From Octopus vulgaris (taxonomy: Eukaryota): a stretch of 64,000 nucleotides of DNA. Under the pieces are notes generated by a model. The model was not told where the DNA came from. It saw only the letters and a list, made by a program, of their open reading frames with translations, and did no database searches. Position numbers and translations under genes: made by a program. The DNA lies in assembly GCA_951406725.2 (NCBI GenBank), contig OX597830.1, positions 21,080,001 through 21,144,000 of the forward strand. Direction: 5' to 3'. Shown one piece after another: positions 27,292 through 40,135 of this stretch. Positions within the stretch are counted from its first letter, which is position 1. Every line of letters starts with the position of its first letter.

Positions 27292-28119
27292 TTCTTTGAT
27301 ATTACAATGCTTCAAGCAAACTACAATGCTCTCATTTCTCTAGAGTTGAAATGGTTAATTGACCTAGGAGTGTGAGTGACACTTGAGATGGTTAATTGGT
27401 CAAGGAGTGTGAGTGAGGCCTGACATACTTAACTGGTCAAGTGAGGTGGCCATGTCAAAAGAGGCTCTATAGTGAACACACCCGAAAAGACTGAAGACAG
27501 AGACTTTCTTTCTCAACCAAGCCTTCAATGACAATTCTAAGTTCCATTCAGAAAGTGAAAGTAAAAGTAGAGAGGGAGGTGGTAAATTTGTGAAAAGTCA
27601 AATGGTGTGTGAATGAAGTGAGAAGAGTACAACTGAATTGAGTTGCTCTACGCATGTGTCTGAAAGCTGAAAATCACGGAATGGTGAACCCTTGCCGTGG
27701 CACTCCTGGCGAGTGAGGTGACTCAGAATCTGTGGGATATACATGTCCACTCTGCCAGATGGTTGCTCTTAGGAAGGGCATTTGGCCTTAAGAACCATGC
27801 CAAAACAGACGCTGAAGTCTGGTGTAGTCTTCTGCCTGGCCAACTCCTGTCAAACCATCTCATCCATGCCAGCATGGAATGCAGATGTTAAACAATGATG
27901 ATAATGATGATCACACACACACACACACACACACACATATAATCAATTCAAATAAACAAATAAAATTAACGGACAACAATAGGATGTGCACAAGAGAGGG
28001 TTTGATGTTTTGAGCAGAGCTCTTTGTCGGAAAGGAGAAAGGTAAAAGTCCAAAGAATGAAAAGAGATCACCAACAGCACGTGTGTAGTTATATATATAT
28101 ATGTGTGTGTATATATATA

Positions 28120-28670
28120 TAGGGTTATTCAAAAAGAATGAACCGATTTCATTACGCAATATTTTAATAAGGAAAAATAAAAGAAAACTCCAGCTAAGTC
28201 ACAAGTATTTACTCACAATAAACTTTTATTTCCTGTCTTACAAATGTTCAATGTGGCCACCACCTGCAGCATGGGCAACATCAATGTGATAAGAGAATTC
28301 CTCCCAGACGCGTATCAGCATATCACGATCCACTGAGTACTTCTTTCGCTGTCTGGTTGAATGCTTTATCGAAGTTTTTCCATTTCCCTTCTATGTCAAT
28401 ATCTTCTGGAATCACCTCAAGCAATGCAAATTTATTCTTTAGTTCCATAATGAACTTGCTTTTGATATGCTGATATGCGTCTGGGATGAATTCTCTTATC
28501 ACGTTGATTTTGCCTGTCCTGCAGGTGGCGGCCACATTGAACACTTAGTAAGACAGGAACTAAAAGTTGATTGTGAGTAAATACTTGTGACTTAGCTGGA
28601 GTTTTATATTGCTTTTCCTTATTAAAATATTGTGTAATGAAACCAGTTCATTCTTTTTGAATAACCTCAT
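28120..28670. mobile_element. Palindromic Tc1/mariner-derived MITE with ~205-bp inverted arms and a 139-bp LINE-derived spacer
   Basis: Arms 28120-28324 and 28464-28670 are reverse complements, beginning (TA)..GGTTATTCAAAAAGAATGAAC. Each arm encodes a transposase C-terminus (DMLIRVWEEFSYHIDVAHAAGGGHIEHL*). TA flanks. Confidence 0.85.
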
Positions 28671-29532
28671 ATGTATATATTATATATAATACAAAATGGG
28701 ACAAGAACACAAAACATCCGGACAGCAAGGTGATACAAAAAGGGACAAAACATCCAGATAGACAATACAAAGAAAACAAGGACAGGTCATTTGGAGTTTT
28801 CTTTCCTCAGTCAAGCACCAGATTATCCTCGCAATTTTGGCTGATTATTCTTGAGATTGCTCCAATTTGGCCAGCCCCAAGGAAAAACTAAGCTAAGAGC
28901 ATTAGATTCCTTGGAAGAAATCAGCAAATATATCTATATCTATATATATATATATTAGTGGTAAGGAACACTCAAGAGAGCTGAATAGCAGAAGGTCTTC
29001 AGGGAAGAAGCCCCACGTCAGACAAATGTTTCGGTCCTTAAATTCTTACATTGTAAGGGGGCCAGGCCTCATCCTGATCATGACTCACGGATGCTGTTCT
29101 GCTGACATATTTTAGCCACTTGGATATCAGACACTCATACATTTAAAACCACTTGGAGATTTCATCTGGTTGTAACTCCTCTCTGTCGTGTCAGCTTTCA
29201 AACTTATCCTCTGATTTGTGGATTTTTGTTGTTGTTTTCGCTTCTTTTTTTGTGTGTGTGTGTGATTCGAAATTTAATTCCTTTTCGCATTCTCTCATTT
29301 CAGTTTCCTATCAGGTGTGTATATATTGCACATGCACGTGTATCAACACCTTGGTGTGTGTGTGTGTGTGTGTGTGTGGATTTTTTTTATCGTAATATAG
29401 ACACACATATTTGCAGCTAACAAATGCTGCATGTCTTTAGAGTGGTAACTTTATATTCACCCACAATGCATACACCTGTTCGAGATTGCCCACTTTCCTT
29501 TTACATGCACTGATGTATGTGTATGCACACAC

Positions 29533-29570
<38 letters not shown>

Positions 29571-29735
29571 ATGTGTTTATATATGTATATATGTATATAT
29601 ATATATATATATAATTTCAACAATTGAGGGTAAAATTAATTAATTATTAATCAATTTCACCAAGTGTTCAGTATGCAAAGGGACCATTTAAGGGACCAGT
29701 ATGCGGCAAAGTAATTTATTTTACTAAGCCCTTTT

Positions 29736-29774
<39 letters not shown>

Positions 29775-29795
29775 ATGTGTTTATATGTATATATG

Positions 29796-29831
<36 letters not shown>

Positions 29832-29993
29832 GTGTGTGTATGTGTTTATATATGTATATATGTTTTTTTATATATATATATGTGTGTGTGTGGCAAGAAG
29901 AAAATGGAGGGGATCCAGAGATAGTATGCATCAACTGTTAGACATTATATTATGTCTATTTATATTAAGCAATTATGAGAATATATATACATA

Positions 29994-30035
<42 letters not shown>

Positions 30036-30076
30036 ATACACACATACATATATGTATGTATGTGTATATATATATG

Positions 30077-30107
<31 letters not shown>

Positions 30108-30108
30108 G

Positions 30109-30159
<51 letters not shown>

Positions 30160-30189
30160 TACATACATATATGTATGTATGTATATATA

Positions 30190-30221
<32 letters not shown>

Positions 30222-30402
30222 GTCACTGTGCACTTTCCATCTTCTCATTCCTCTTTGGTGTATCTATTATATATCAACATACATACAATTAATATTTTTG
30301 CATATATATATACACACTATATACATATGGGCCTCTGTGTGTAGATGTGTGTATGTGTATCTATATATATATATAAATATATATATTATAAAAATATAAG
30401 TA

Positions 30403-30434
<32 letters not shown>

Positions 30435-31034
30435 TATATTATTATTTGATTGAACACCATACATCCATTTCCAAATATATGTATATATACATATGTATAT
30501 ATACATATGTAAATGTTATATTTACTTATGGGATTATATAACTTTTTCAGTTGAATGTTTTTTCCGCTTCTTTTGCAAAAACAAAACTGTGCTCACATGT
30601 GTGTGTGTGTGTGTGTATGTGTAAGTTATGTTAACGTGTGTTTAACATGACCCTAATAAGTGTATATAACATATGTTATGCGGCATGTGTATATATAACC
30701 TGAATTCACTCTGTACACACAAACACACAGGCACACACGCACACACACACACGCCTATATATAAATAATTATGTCAATCTAACTGTGTCTATAGGGTGGG
30801 TGTATATACATACATACATATATATATTCCTTGTGTGGTATATAAATTCATCTGCCTCTTCATATTGTTATACATAAACAATATTTACAAAGCAAAACAA
30901 AAACTCCCACCCACTTTTTTTGATATTTGTTATTTTTATATATTTTTGTTTCAATGTTTTCAATGTTTTTTTTTTTTTTGCTGTTATTTTATCAAATACA
31001 GAAAGCTTTCCTTGTTGTTGTTGTTGTTGTTATT

Positions 31035-31672
31035 AAAGCGGTAAATTGGCAGAATCATTAGAATGCCGGGCGAAATGCTTAGCCGTATTTCGTCTACCGT
31101 TCCGTTGTGAGTTCAAATTCCGATGTGGTCGACTTTACCTTTCATCCTTTCGGGGTCAATAAATTAAGTACCAGTTACGCACTGGGGTCGATGTAATCGA
31201 CTTAATCTGTTTGTCTCTCCTTGTTTGTCCCCTCTGTGTTTAGCCGCTTGTGGGTAGTAAAGAAATGGGTATTTCATCTGTCTTTACGTTCTGAGTTCAA
31301 ATTTCGCCGAGGTCGACTTTGCCTTTCATCCTTTCAGGGTTGATAAATTAAGTACCAGTTGGGTACTGGGGTTGATGTAATCGACTGTCACCCCTCCCTG
31401 AAAATTTTGGGCTTCATGCCTATATTTGAAAAGATTATTATTATTATTACTATTATTAATTTGACGAGCTGACAGAATCATTAGCACACTAGGTGAAATG
31501 CTTAGCGGTATTTCATCTCTCTTTACGTTCTGAGTTCAAATTCCGTCGAGGTCAACTTTGCCTTTCATCCTTTCAGGGGTCGATAAATTAAGTACCAGTG
31601 AAATACTGGGGTTGATGTCATCGACTAGTTCCCTCCACCTGAATTTGAGGCCTTGTGCCTTTAGTAGAAAGG

Positions 31673-31707
<35 letters not shown>

Positions 31708-31942
31708 GTATATATATACACACACACATACTCTTTTACTTGTTTCAGTCATTTGACTGTGGCCATGCTGGAGCACCGCCTTTTAGTCGAGCAAATCGAC
31801 CCAGGGACTTATTCCTTTGTAAGCCTAGTACTTATTCTATCGATCTCTATTGCTGAACCGCTCGGTTGCGGGGACGTAAACACACCAGCATCGGTTGTCA
31901 GGTGATGTTGGCGGGACAAACACAGACACACAAACATATACA

Positions 31943-31993
<51 letters not shown>

Positions 31994-32387
31994 GACGGGC
32001 TTCTTTCAGTTTCTGTCTACCAAATCCATTCACAAAGCTTTGGTTGGCCCGAGGCTATAGCAGAAGACACTTGCCCAAGGTGCCATGCAGTGGGACTGAA
32101 ATCGGACCATGTGGTTGGTAAGCAAGCTACTTACCACACAGCCACTCCTACGCCTGCAAATGTTATATTTATTTATAGTATTACATAACTTTTTCAGTTG
32201 AATGTTTTTTCCACTGTTTTTGTGAAAACAAATGTGTGTTCTGATTTTTAAAAAAAATTTTGTTAGTCCTGTTTAAGCACAAAACCCTTGCAACAACACA
32301 CACACACACACACACATACACTCCTTGTTTTGTCCTGTGATATCCATAATGTTTCCCTTAATGTAAACCCTTGTGGCTAATAAAGTA

Positions 32388-32422
<35 letters not shown>

Positions 32423-33770
32423 GGCAGTAAGCTATCAGAATCATTGGCCTGTTGGATTAATTGCTTAGCAGCATTTTACTTCTCTTCATGTTCCGAGTTC
32501 AAATTCCGCCGAGGTCGACTTTGCTTTTTATCCTTTCGGGGTCAATATAATTGACTAGCCCCACCCCTTCCTGCTGTATATCAGTCCTTGCACCTAAAAT
32601 AGAAAAGCATTATTATTTATTTATTTATCGGTTCTCTTAGACTTGCCAATTATCTAAAGTTTTTTCCTTCCACCCCACTCCCCATCCATAAGGTACATGT
32701 GGTTCTCGTTAAAGGGCATTGTTGCTCTCGCTTGTAATTTAATTACTGTAACGACATGATTAATGGCAGTGATGATGGACATGGCTGAAACATTGGTGTC
32801 CCAGTCTAAAATGTCATTATTTAATTACACCCCGTTTACATTCCGAGTTCAAATCCCACCTGGGACTTGATTCACCTTTTATCCATCCTGGGTCAATAGA
32901 GCAGGTGAGAGTTTAATATTGCCAGGTGGTGATGGAGGAGCAATAAAACCAGCTGATGCGCACACACCCAGAAGGAAACTTGTGGCTTTGTGCCAATGTT
33001 AGACATATTTGATTGTCTTTTTAATTAGTTGAGGAAGGTGGATTGGCAAATTCGTTAGAGCATCAGACGAATCATTATGTGACATTTGTTCCAGGTCTTA
33101 CCATTCTTTGTTCAAATCTCACCAAGTCCGAGTTTGTCTTTTATTCATCAGGAATCAATACAAATTGTTATTGTTGTTGTTGTTGTTAATAAGACGGCAA
33201 GCTGGCAGAATTCTTAGCACACCAGACAAAATGCTTAGCAGCATTTCATCTGTCTTTACGTTTTTGAGTTCAAATTCTGCCTAGGTTGATTTTGCTTCTT
33301 CCTTTCAGTGGGGGGTCAATGTAATGGGGGTCGATGTAATGAAATATCCCCCTCCTCCAAATTTCAGGCCTTGTGCCTATAATAGAAAGGATTATTACTA
33401 TCAAGCTTGGCAGGTTCATTAGCACACCAGACAAAAATGCTCAGCAGCATTCTGAGTTCAAGTGCCGCTGAGGTCAACTTTACCTTTCATCCATTGAGGG
33501 TTGATGAAATAAGTACCAGCTGCGAACTGGAGTCAGTGTAATCAGTTGCTTCCCTATCTCTAAAATTGTTGGCCTTGTGTCAGTTTGTGTGTCAGACAAA
33601 ATGTCTGATAGTTGTCTGACAATTAGTGACAATTCTTCCAGCTTTTTATGGTCCATGTTTGAATCCTGTGATGGTCAACTTCGCCTTACATCCTTTCGAG
33701 GGGTCAATAAATTAAGGTACCAGTCATGTTCTGAGGTTGATGTGATCAGTTTTCTCTTTCCCCTCAATAA
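31035..33770 (+). mobile_element. Dense cluster of SINE family B copies (31035-31675, 32420-32610, 32830-33770)
   Basis: Multiple family B heads and central domains, some dimeric. Confidence 0.8.
31731..32155 (-). mobile_element. SINE family A
   Basis: Full-length reverse-complement copy with internal (TA)n. Confidence 0.9.
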
Positions 33771-33789
33771 AGACTTTCAAAACAGTAAG

Positions 33790-34176
33790 TAGACCCAGGA
33801 AAACGTGGGACAAAGTGGTGAGAAAGGATCTTCAGATGCTGGGCCCCACTGAAAAAATGACAAAGGGCCGTGAGATATAGCGATTTGCTGTACTTGTTAA
33901 GACACAACCAAGCTAATTAAAATTGCTGTCTTTCAGACATACAAGCTTATCCTTTCAGGTGCCGGTACCACATAAAAACCACCTGTGCCAATCGCATGTA
34001 AAAAGCACCTAACACTCTCCGTTAAGTGGTTGGCATTAGGAGAGGACATCCAGCCATAGAAACCATGTCACAACAGACAGTTGGAGCCGGGACAGCTTCT
34101 CTGCTGGACAGCTCCATGTTAAAACCATCCAGTCCATGCCAGCATGGAAAGTGGACGTTAAACGATGATGATGATG
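33790..34176 (+). mobile_element. RTE-clade LINE 3' end, same family as 14712-15498
   Basis: RPRKTWDKVVRKDLQMLGPTEKMTKGREI*RFAVLVKT, followed by the family 3' UTR ending GGACGTTAAACGATGATGATGATG. Confidence 0.75.
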
Positions 34177-34206
34177 AAAAACTGGGGTTGATTTATTTGA
34201 GTAATC

Positions 34207-34661
34207 CAGTGATTCTCAACTTGGGTCCATTATGGCCCTTGGGGCACTGTTTAAGATTTTGGTGTTAAAATTTACGGTTACGCACAAAAAATTTTAACAA
34301 TTTTTTTTTAATGCATTTCTTAATATTTAATTCTAAAAAGTATAAATGGTCTTTTTTAGACATTAAATGGCTATGAGTAAAATAGAAATGAAAGGGAGCC
34401 ATAGGTATAAAATGGTTGGGGTCCATATGGCCCTTCGGGGGTCCCTGTAAGATTTTGCTGCCAGAGTTTTTTCTGCAAGAAATTGGTTATACTTTATAAT
34501 ATACAAAATATTTTAACAACTATTTTTATACAGTTTTTAATAATATTTAATTATAAAAATATAACAGGATTTTTGTTTTAGCATAAAATAGCTGTGGGGG
34601 TCCTTCCAGGTAAAATAAGAATCACAGAGGTCCATAGGTAAAAAATGAATGAGAAACACTG
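34207..34661. mobile_element. hAT-like MITE with internal duplication (related end at 50041)
   Basis: Termini CAGTGATTCTCA...TGAGAAACACTG around an AT-rich interior. Confidence 0.65.
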
Positions 34662-35454
34662 AACTAAACCTCTTAAGAAGTGTGCCTATGCATGGCCACA
34701 GTCCAATGACCGAAAATAATGAAAGGTGAATAATTATAAAAAAAAATATCCTTTATTCCTCAGTTTTTTTGGGTTTTTTTAAAATTTCTTTTCATGTTTC
34801 CAATTTCTGTTATACTTTTAATGTTCTTCTGTTTCCTTTATTTTACTTCATGGAATTGCATGGCTATCTGTATATCTTTCCAGGTTTTTTCTACAGTGGG
34901 CACCTGTTGGTCGTCTGGCCTCCGCCCACCCCACGTGGGGCTGGCCATATCTGGCAAGGGGCCATCGCTGCCTCTCTCGCAACGTACTGCCCCCTCTCTT
35001 CTTCGTCCCGACATGCATGTGATCTTCCACTACCACTACCTCCGCTATCGTTACTACTACTACTACTACAACCACCACCACTACTGCGATTTGTGCTGGC
35101 AAAAACACAAAACAATCGCAAAAACATCAGAAAACCAACAAAAATAAAACGCAAAAGAAATAGCCAAAAGTGGAACTCCTGATACAGTCACAATGGTAGC
35201 AAGCAACGTACAGTCTTTTCTTCTATTTATTATTACGACTACTAATGCTACCGTTGTTTCTACTACTACTACTACTACTACTATTAGTATTATTACTACT
35301 CTGTTGGGCACCGTGTCTCAAAAGGTGACTCTCGTGTTGCTTCTACTACTGCTACTACTACTGCTGCTACTACTACTACTACTTCTGTTACTACTGCTAT
35401 TGGTGATGGTGTTGGTGATTTCTTTTTGTCATTTGACTTGCTTGGAGATTTCTT

Positions 35455-36330
35455 CCTACACTTACCCTATCCTTCACTCCCCTATCCTCCACTCAACCTA
35501 TCCTCCATTCAACCTACCCTAACTCAACCTATCCTCAACTCAACTTATCCTCCACTCAACCTGTCCTTCGCTCCCCCTATCATTCACTCACCCTCTCCTT
35601 CACTCCCCCTATCCTCCACTCAACCTGTCCTTCGCAACCCCTTATCATTCACTCACCCTCTCCTTCACTCCCCCTATCCTCCACTCAACCTGTCCTTCGC
35701 TCCCCCTATCATTCACTCACCCTCTCCTTCACTCCCCCTATCCTCCACTCAATCTGTCCTTCGCAACCCCTTATCATTCACTCACCCTCTCCTTCACTCC
35801 CCCTATCCTCCACTCAACCTGTCCTTCGCTCCCCCTATCATTCACTCTCCCTATCCTCCACTTAGCCTATCCTCCATTCAACCTGTCTTTCGCTCCCCCT
35901 ATAATTCACTCACCCTCTCCTTCACACCCTTTCCTTCATTTACCTTACCCTTTACTCTATCACATCTGTACCTACACTCACCTTATCTTTCACTCTGTCA
36001 CATCCCTTTCCTACACTTACACTCACATTATCCTCCACTCACTCTGTCCTTCACTCACCCTATACTCCGCTCCATCACATACCTACCTGCGCTTACATTA
36101 TCCTTTACTCAACCTGTCCTTCATTCTTCCCATACTCCACTCACCTTGTCCTTCACTTACTCTATTCTTCACTCACCCTGTCCTTCATTTGCCTTCTCCT
36201 TCACTCACCCTATCCTTCATCCCATCACATCCTCACCTACACTCACACTAACTTTCTTCTTCACTCACCTTACCCTTCACTCCATCACATCCCTACATAC
36301 ACTCACACTCACCCTATCCTCCACTCAGTC
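35455..36330. repeat. C/T-rich satellite: ~16-bp subunit with a 64/65-bp higher-order repeat at 35550-35900
   Basis: CACTCACCCTATCCTT-like subunits; CTCCACTCAACCTGTCCTTCGC.. recurs every 64-65 bp. Confidence 0.85.
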
Positions 36331-36742
36331 ACATACTCCATTCTTGTTCCCCAGTTCACTCAAACCCACCCCAGCCCCATCATGTATTTTTATTTCTGGC
36401 TTTTGGTGGTTGGTTTGTTTTTCTTTTTATTTTTTTGTTGTTCTTTTGTTGTTTTTTTCAGGTCCGTTGGTTGGTTCTTTGGTTTGTTGGTGTTTGTGTG
36501 GTTTTGTTTTTAGTTTTTTTGGTGTGGTTCATAATTGCTTCTTTCTCTTTATTTTTATTTTGTTGTTGTTTTTCTTTTAGTATTGAATTAATATTTTCAG
36601 TGTGATTGTTACTGTTGTTGTTGTTGGTATTGTTCTTAACACTCTGGCACCTAGTTGCACTGATATACATACATACGCACTTCACAGTCATATACATAGA
36701 CAGAGAGAGAGAGTGTACATGAGAGAAAAGAGATAGATAGAT

Positions 36743-36908
36743 AGGTGCAGGATGGCTGTGTGGTAAGTAACTTGCTTATGAACCACATGGTTCCGGGTTC
36801 AGTTCCACTGCGTGGCACCTTGGACTTACCAAAGCTTTGTGAGTGGATTTGGTAGACGGAAACTGAAAGAAGCCCATTATATATATCTATATATATGTAT
36901 GTATATAC

Positions 36909-36940
<32 letters not shown>

Positions 36941-37072
36941 TTGTGTTTGTCCCCCCCAACATCGCTTGACAACCAATGCTGGTGTGTTTAGAATAAGTCC
37001 TGGGGTTGATTTGCTCGACTAAAGGCGGTGCTCCAGCATGGCCGCAGTCAAATGACTGAAACAAGTAAAGAG
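36743..37072 (+). mobile_element. SINE family A, internally deleted (further minus copies at 38385-38523, 39287-39505, 44635-44900)
   Basis: Family A head, body and tail motifs. Confidence 0.85.
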
Positions 37073-37104
37073 TATATGCAAATATATATATATATATATA
37101 TACA

Positions 37105-38177
37105 TACATAAAACAGACTTGGAAATGGATGCATGTCTTTTGATCATATAATAATATAAATATGTATATATACATACATATATGGGTACAGGATGTCAGA
37201 AGAACATGAACAAAATGAGAAACGAGAACATAAAAAGCAAAAGCATGGAAAGCTAACTTTTTTTTTTGAACAACGAAAGAAACAAATAGAGAAACGAGAC
37301 AGGCAACATAAAGAGCATTCCCTTCATCAGTTGTCCCCTGTTTTATCTACCCCACGTTTCGAAGGTAAGGACAATACGCTACTTTGTGAAAACAGTCGTT
37401 CCTGCAAAGCAAATTAAATAAAATTTGGGATTTTTTGCGGAGGGTTAGAGTGGTAACAAAAACAGGACAGTAAGAACAAAACAGTAAAAACAAACGGTGA
37501 ACGCTGTTAAGCCATAACGAGGTGAAGTGGTGAACGCTGTTAAGCCATAACGAGGTGAAGTGGTGAACACTGTTAAGCCATAACGAGGTGAAGTGGTGAA
37601 CGCTGTTAAGCCATAACAAGGTGAAGTGGTGAACGCTGTTAAGCCATAACAAGGTGAAGTGGTGAACGCTGTTAAGCCATAACGAGGTGAAGTGGTGAAC
37701 GCTGTTAAGCCATAACAAGGTGAAGTGGTGAACGCTGTTAAGCCATAACAAGGTGAAGTGGTGAACGCTGTTAAGCCATAACAAGGTGAAGTGGTGAACG
37801 CTGTTAAGCCATAACGAGGTGAAGTGGTGAACGCTGTTAAACCATAATGAGGTAAAGTGGTGAACGCTGGAAAAATGAGCTTTGAGAAGTGACAGGCAAA
37901 AAGCATGTCTTGTCTTTAGGAAGGAAGTGGAAGAAAGAAAGATAGATAGCCGTTGGTCACGCGTGAGCAACGAGAGAGTCAAGGAAGAGAGAGAGAGAAC
38001 GATGAAGGGGAGAGGAGAAAAATTAGTGAAAGGGTGGGAGAGAAAAACAGAAAGGAAGAAGTACAAGAGAGGGAGATAGAATAGAGATAGGTTGTAGAGT
38101 GCACATGGGAATTTTTAAGATAAAACTTACTTGGAAACGGGTGCGTGGCATTCGATCATATAATAATATAAATAATA

Positions 38178-38209
<32 letters not shown>

Positions 38210-38242
38210 CATACATATATATATGCATATATATATATAAAC

Positions 38243-38290
<48 letters not shown>

Positions 38291-38385
38291 ATATACATAT
38301 ATATATACATACATATATGTACACACATATATATGTATATATGAGTACAGGACGTCAAAAAAACGTGAACAAAATGAGAAACGAG
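37105..38385. mobile_element. Family H element with terminal direct repeats and an internal minisatellite (relatives at 12075-12270 and 50575-50945)
   Basis: 37110-37230 and 38120-38385 are direct repeats (AAAAC..ACTTGGAAA.GG.TGC.TG.C.TT.GATCATATAATAATATAAAT...GTACAGGA.GTCA..TGAACAAAATGAGAAACGAG). Associated with (TA)n. Confidence 0.6.
37496..37869. repeat. 33-bp minisatellite, ~11.3 copies
   Basis: Unit GGTGAACGCTGTTAAGCCATAAC(G/A)AGGTGAAGT, nearly invariant and with no spacers. Confidence 0.95.
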
Positions 38386-39401
38386 TTTCCATCTACCAGA
38401 TCCACTGACAAAGATTTGGCTGGCCCGGGGCCATAGCCGAAGACTCTTACTCAAGGTGCCATCCAGTGGGAATGAACCCAGAACCATGTGGTTGGGAAGC
38501 AAACTTCTTACCACCCAAGCCACAACCCCTTGTCAATTTAGTTCTTTCTTTTAGTGGTGTTTGGATGGGTGACAATGATGTAGCAGTATCATGAGGTGTC
38601 CTTGATGTTTAGGTGTTCTGTATGTATGTGGTGGTGGTGGTGGTGGTGGTGGTGGCATGGGGGTTAGAGGATGGCGGGAGAGGTGGAGGGGGGATGGTTA
38701 ATGATGCAGCTTGATCTCTCTCCTTTTTTTTTTAAACTACAAAGACACCCAGCTGTGTGGGAACCACAGAGGTTGATCTCTGGCTCTATTAGTGCAGCAG
38801 CAGCAGCAATATCAACAACAACAACAACATCAACAATAATAATAATAACAATAATAAGGTCCTAATCAGTACCTCCAGCTAGGCTACTAAGAGCTTCTAG
38901 GTATTTGACCTTTTAGTTTGGTCATTTTAGATTCAGCTGACCTCATTCCTGGAAGAGGGGGGGTGACATGAGATGGTGGGGATAAGGGTGGTGAGGCTGG
39001 TTCTTACTTACATCCAGCATCCAACTCAATGCTCTATTGTTTTTGTATTTTTGTTTTGTTTTTTTTTATTATCCTTTATATCATAAGAGCAGAGCAGGAG
39101 GCTGAGTGAAAAGAACCAGTTAGCAGTGGCGGTGGGGTGAGGGGTGGAAGGTAGAGAGAGAGAGAAAGAGAAAGAGAGGGTAGATGTACTTCTACATATA
39201 CACAACATATATACACATATGAACACATATGAATTATTATACTTATATATATATTTATAAATGTGTGTGTGTGTAGATATATATATTCTTTTATTTGTTT
39301 TAGTCATTTGACTATGCCCACGCTGGAGCGCTGCCTTTAGTCAAACAAACTGGCCCCAAGTTATTCATTGTAAGCCTAGTACTTATTCTATCGGTGGGTT
39401 G

Positions 39402-39463
<62 letters not shown>

Positions 39464-39714
39464 GATGGGCTTCTTTCAGTTTCTGTCTACCAAATCCACT
39501 CACAAAAGTATATCAGCCGAAATGTTGTGTTAACAACAAACAAGATGAGGACAAATATCCGTCTAATGTAAACAATGTAAATAATGTAAGCTTTACATTT
39601 GACAGAATAAATTCAACACTAAAGAGTTGAAGAAAATTGGGAACATGTATATGTGATTCATGGAAAGCCCTGAGTAGGGACTTGGCCTGGCTTTCCGTTG
39701 AGTGTTCCAGTTGA

Positions 39715-40135
39715 ATCCTATTTCTTTACTGCCCACAAGGGGCTAAACATAGAAGAGACAAACAAGGACAGACAAACGGATTAAGTCGATTATATCGACC
39801 TTGGTGCATAACTGGTACTTATTTAATCGACCCCCGAAAGGATGAAAGACAATGTCGACCTCGGCGGAATTTGAACTCAGAACGTGAAGACAGACGAAAT
39901 ACCTATTTCTTTACTACCCTCAAGGGGCTAAACACAGAGAGCACAAACAATGACAGACAAACAGATTAAGTCGATTATATTGACCCTGGTGCGTAACTGG
40001 TACTTATTTAATCGACCCCGAAAGGATGAAAGGCAAAGTCGACCCCCGGCTGCATTTGAACTCAGAACGTGAAGACAGACGAAATACTGCTAAGCATTTC
40101 GCCTGGCGTGGTGACGTTTCTGCCAGCTGGCCGCC
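39715..40135 (-). mobile_element. Dimeric SINE family B (similar dimer at 55390-55800 -; monomers at 42770-43290 +, 54218-54420 +, 61120-61770 +)
   Basis: Internal tandem duplication of the B-box to tail segment. Confidence 0.85.

Noticed and set aside
26762-27375. Two paralogous small proteins on opposite strands
   Set aside because: The peptide similarity is a by-product of the DNA inverted repeat.
35426-36580. 384-aa Pro/Ser/Leu-rich ORF, the longest in the window
   Set aside because: Translation of a G-poor satellite; no domain signal.
37315-37370. Permuted (type II) hammerhead with GAAAC upstream of CTGATGA (also 50725-50760, 28795-28845)
   Set aside because: I could not form convincing stems I and II or a UH site, so it is kept only as a half-motif.
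37496-37869. CRISPR-like array of 33-bp repeats
   Set aside because: The units are directly adjacent with no unique spacers, there are no cas genes, and the context is eukaryotic. It is a minisatellite.
37347-38066. 239-aa ORF with (HHFTSLWLNSV)n repeats
   Set aside because: Open only because the 33-bp unit lacks stops in that frame; the flanks are low-complexity.
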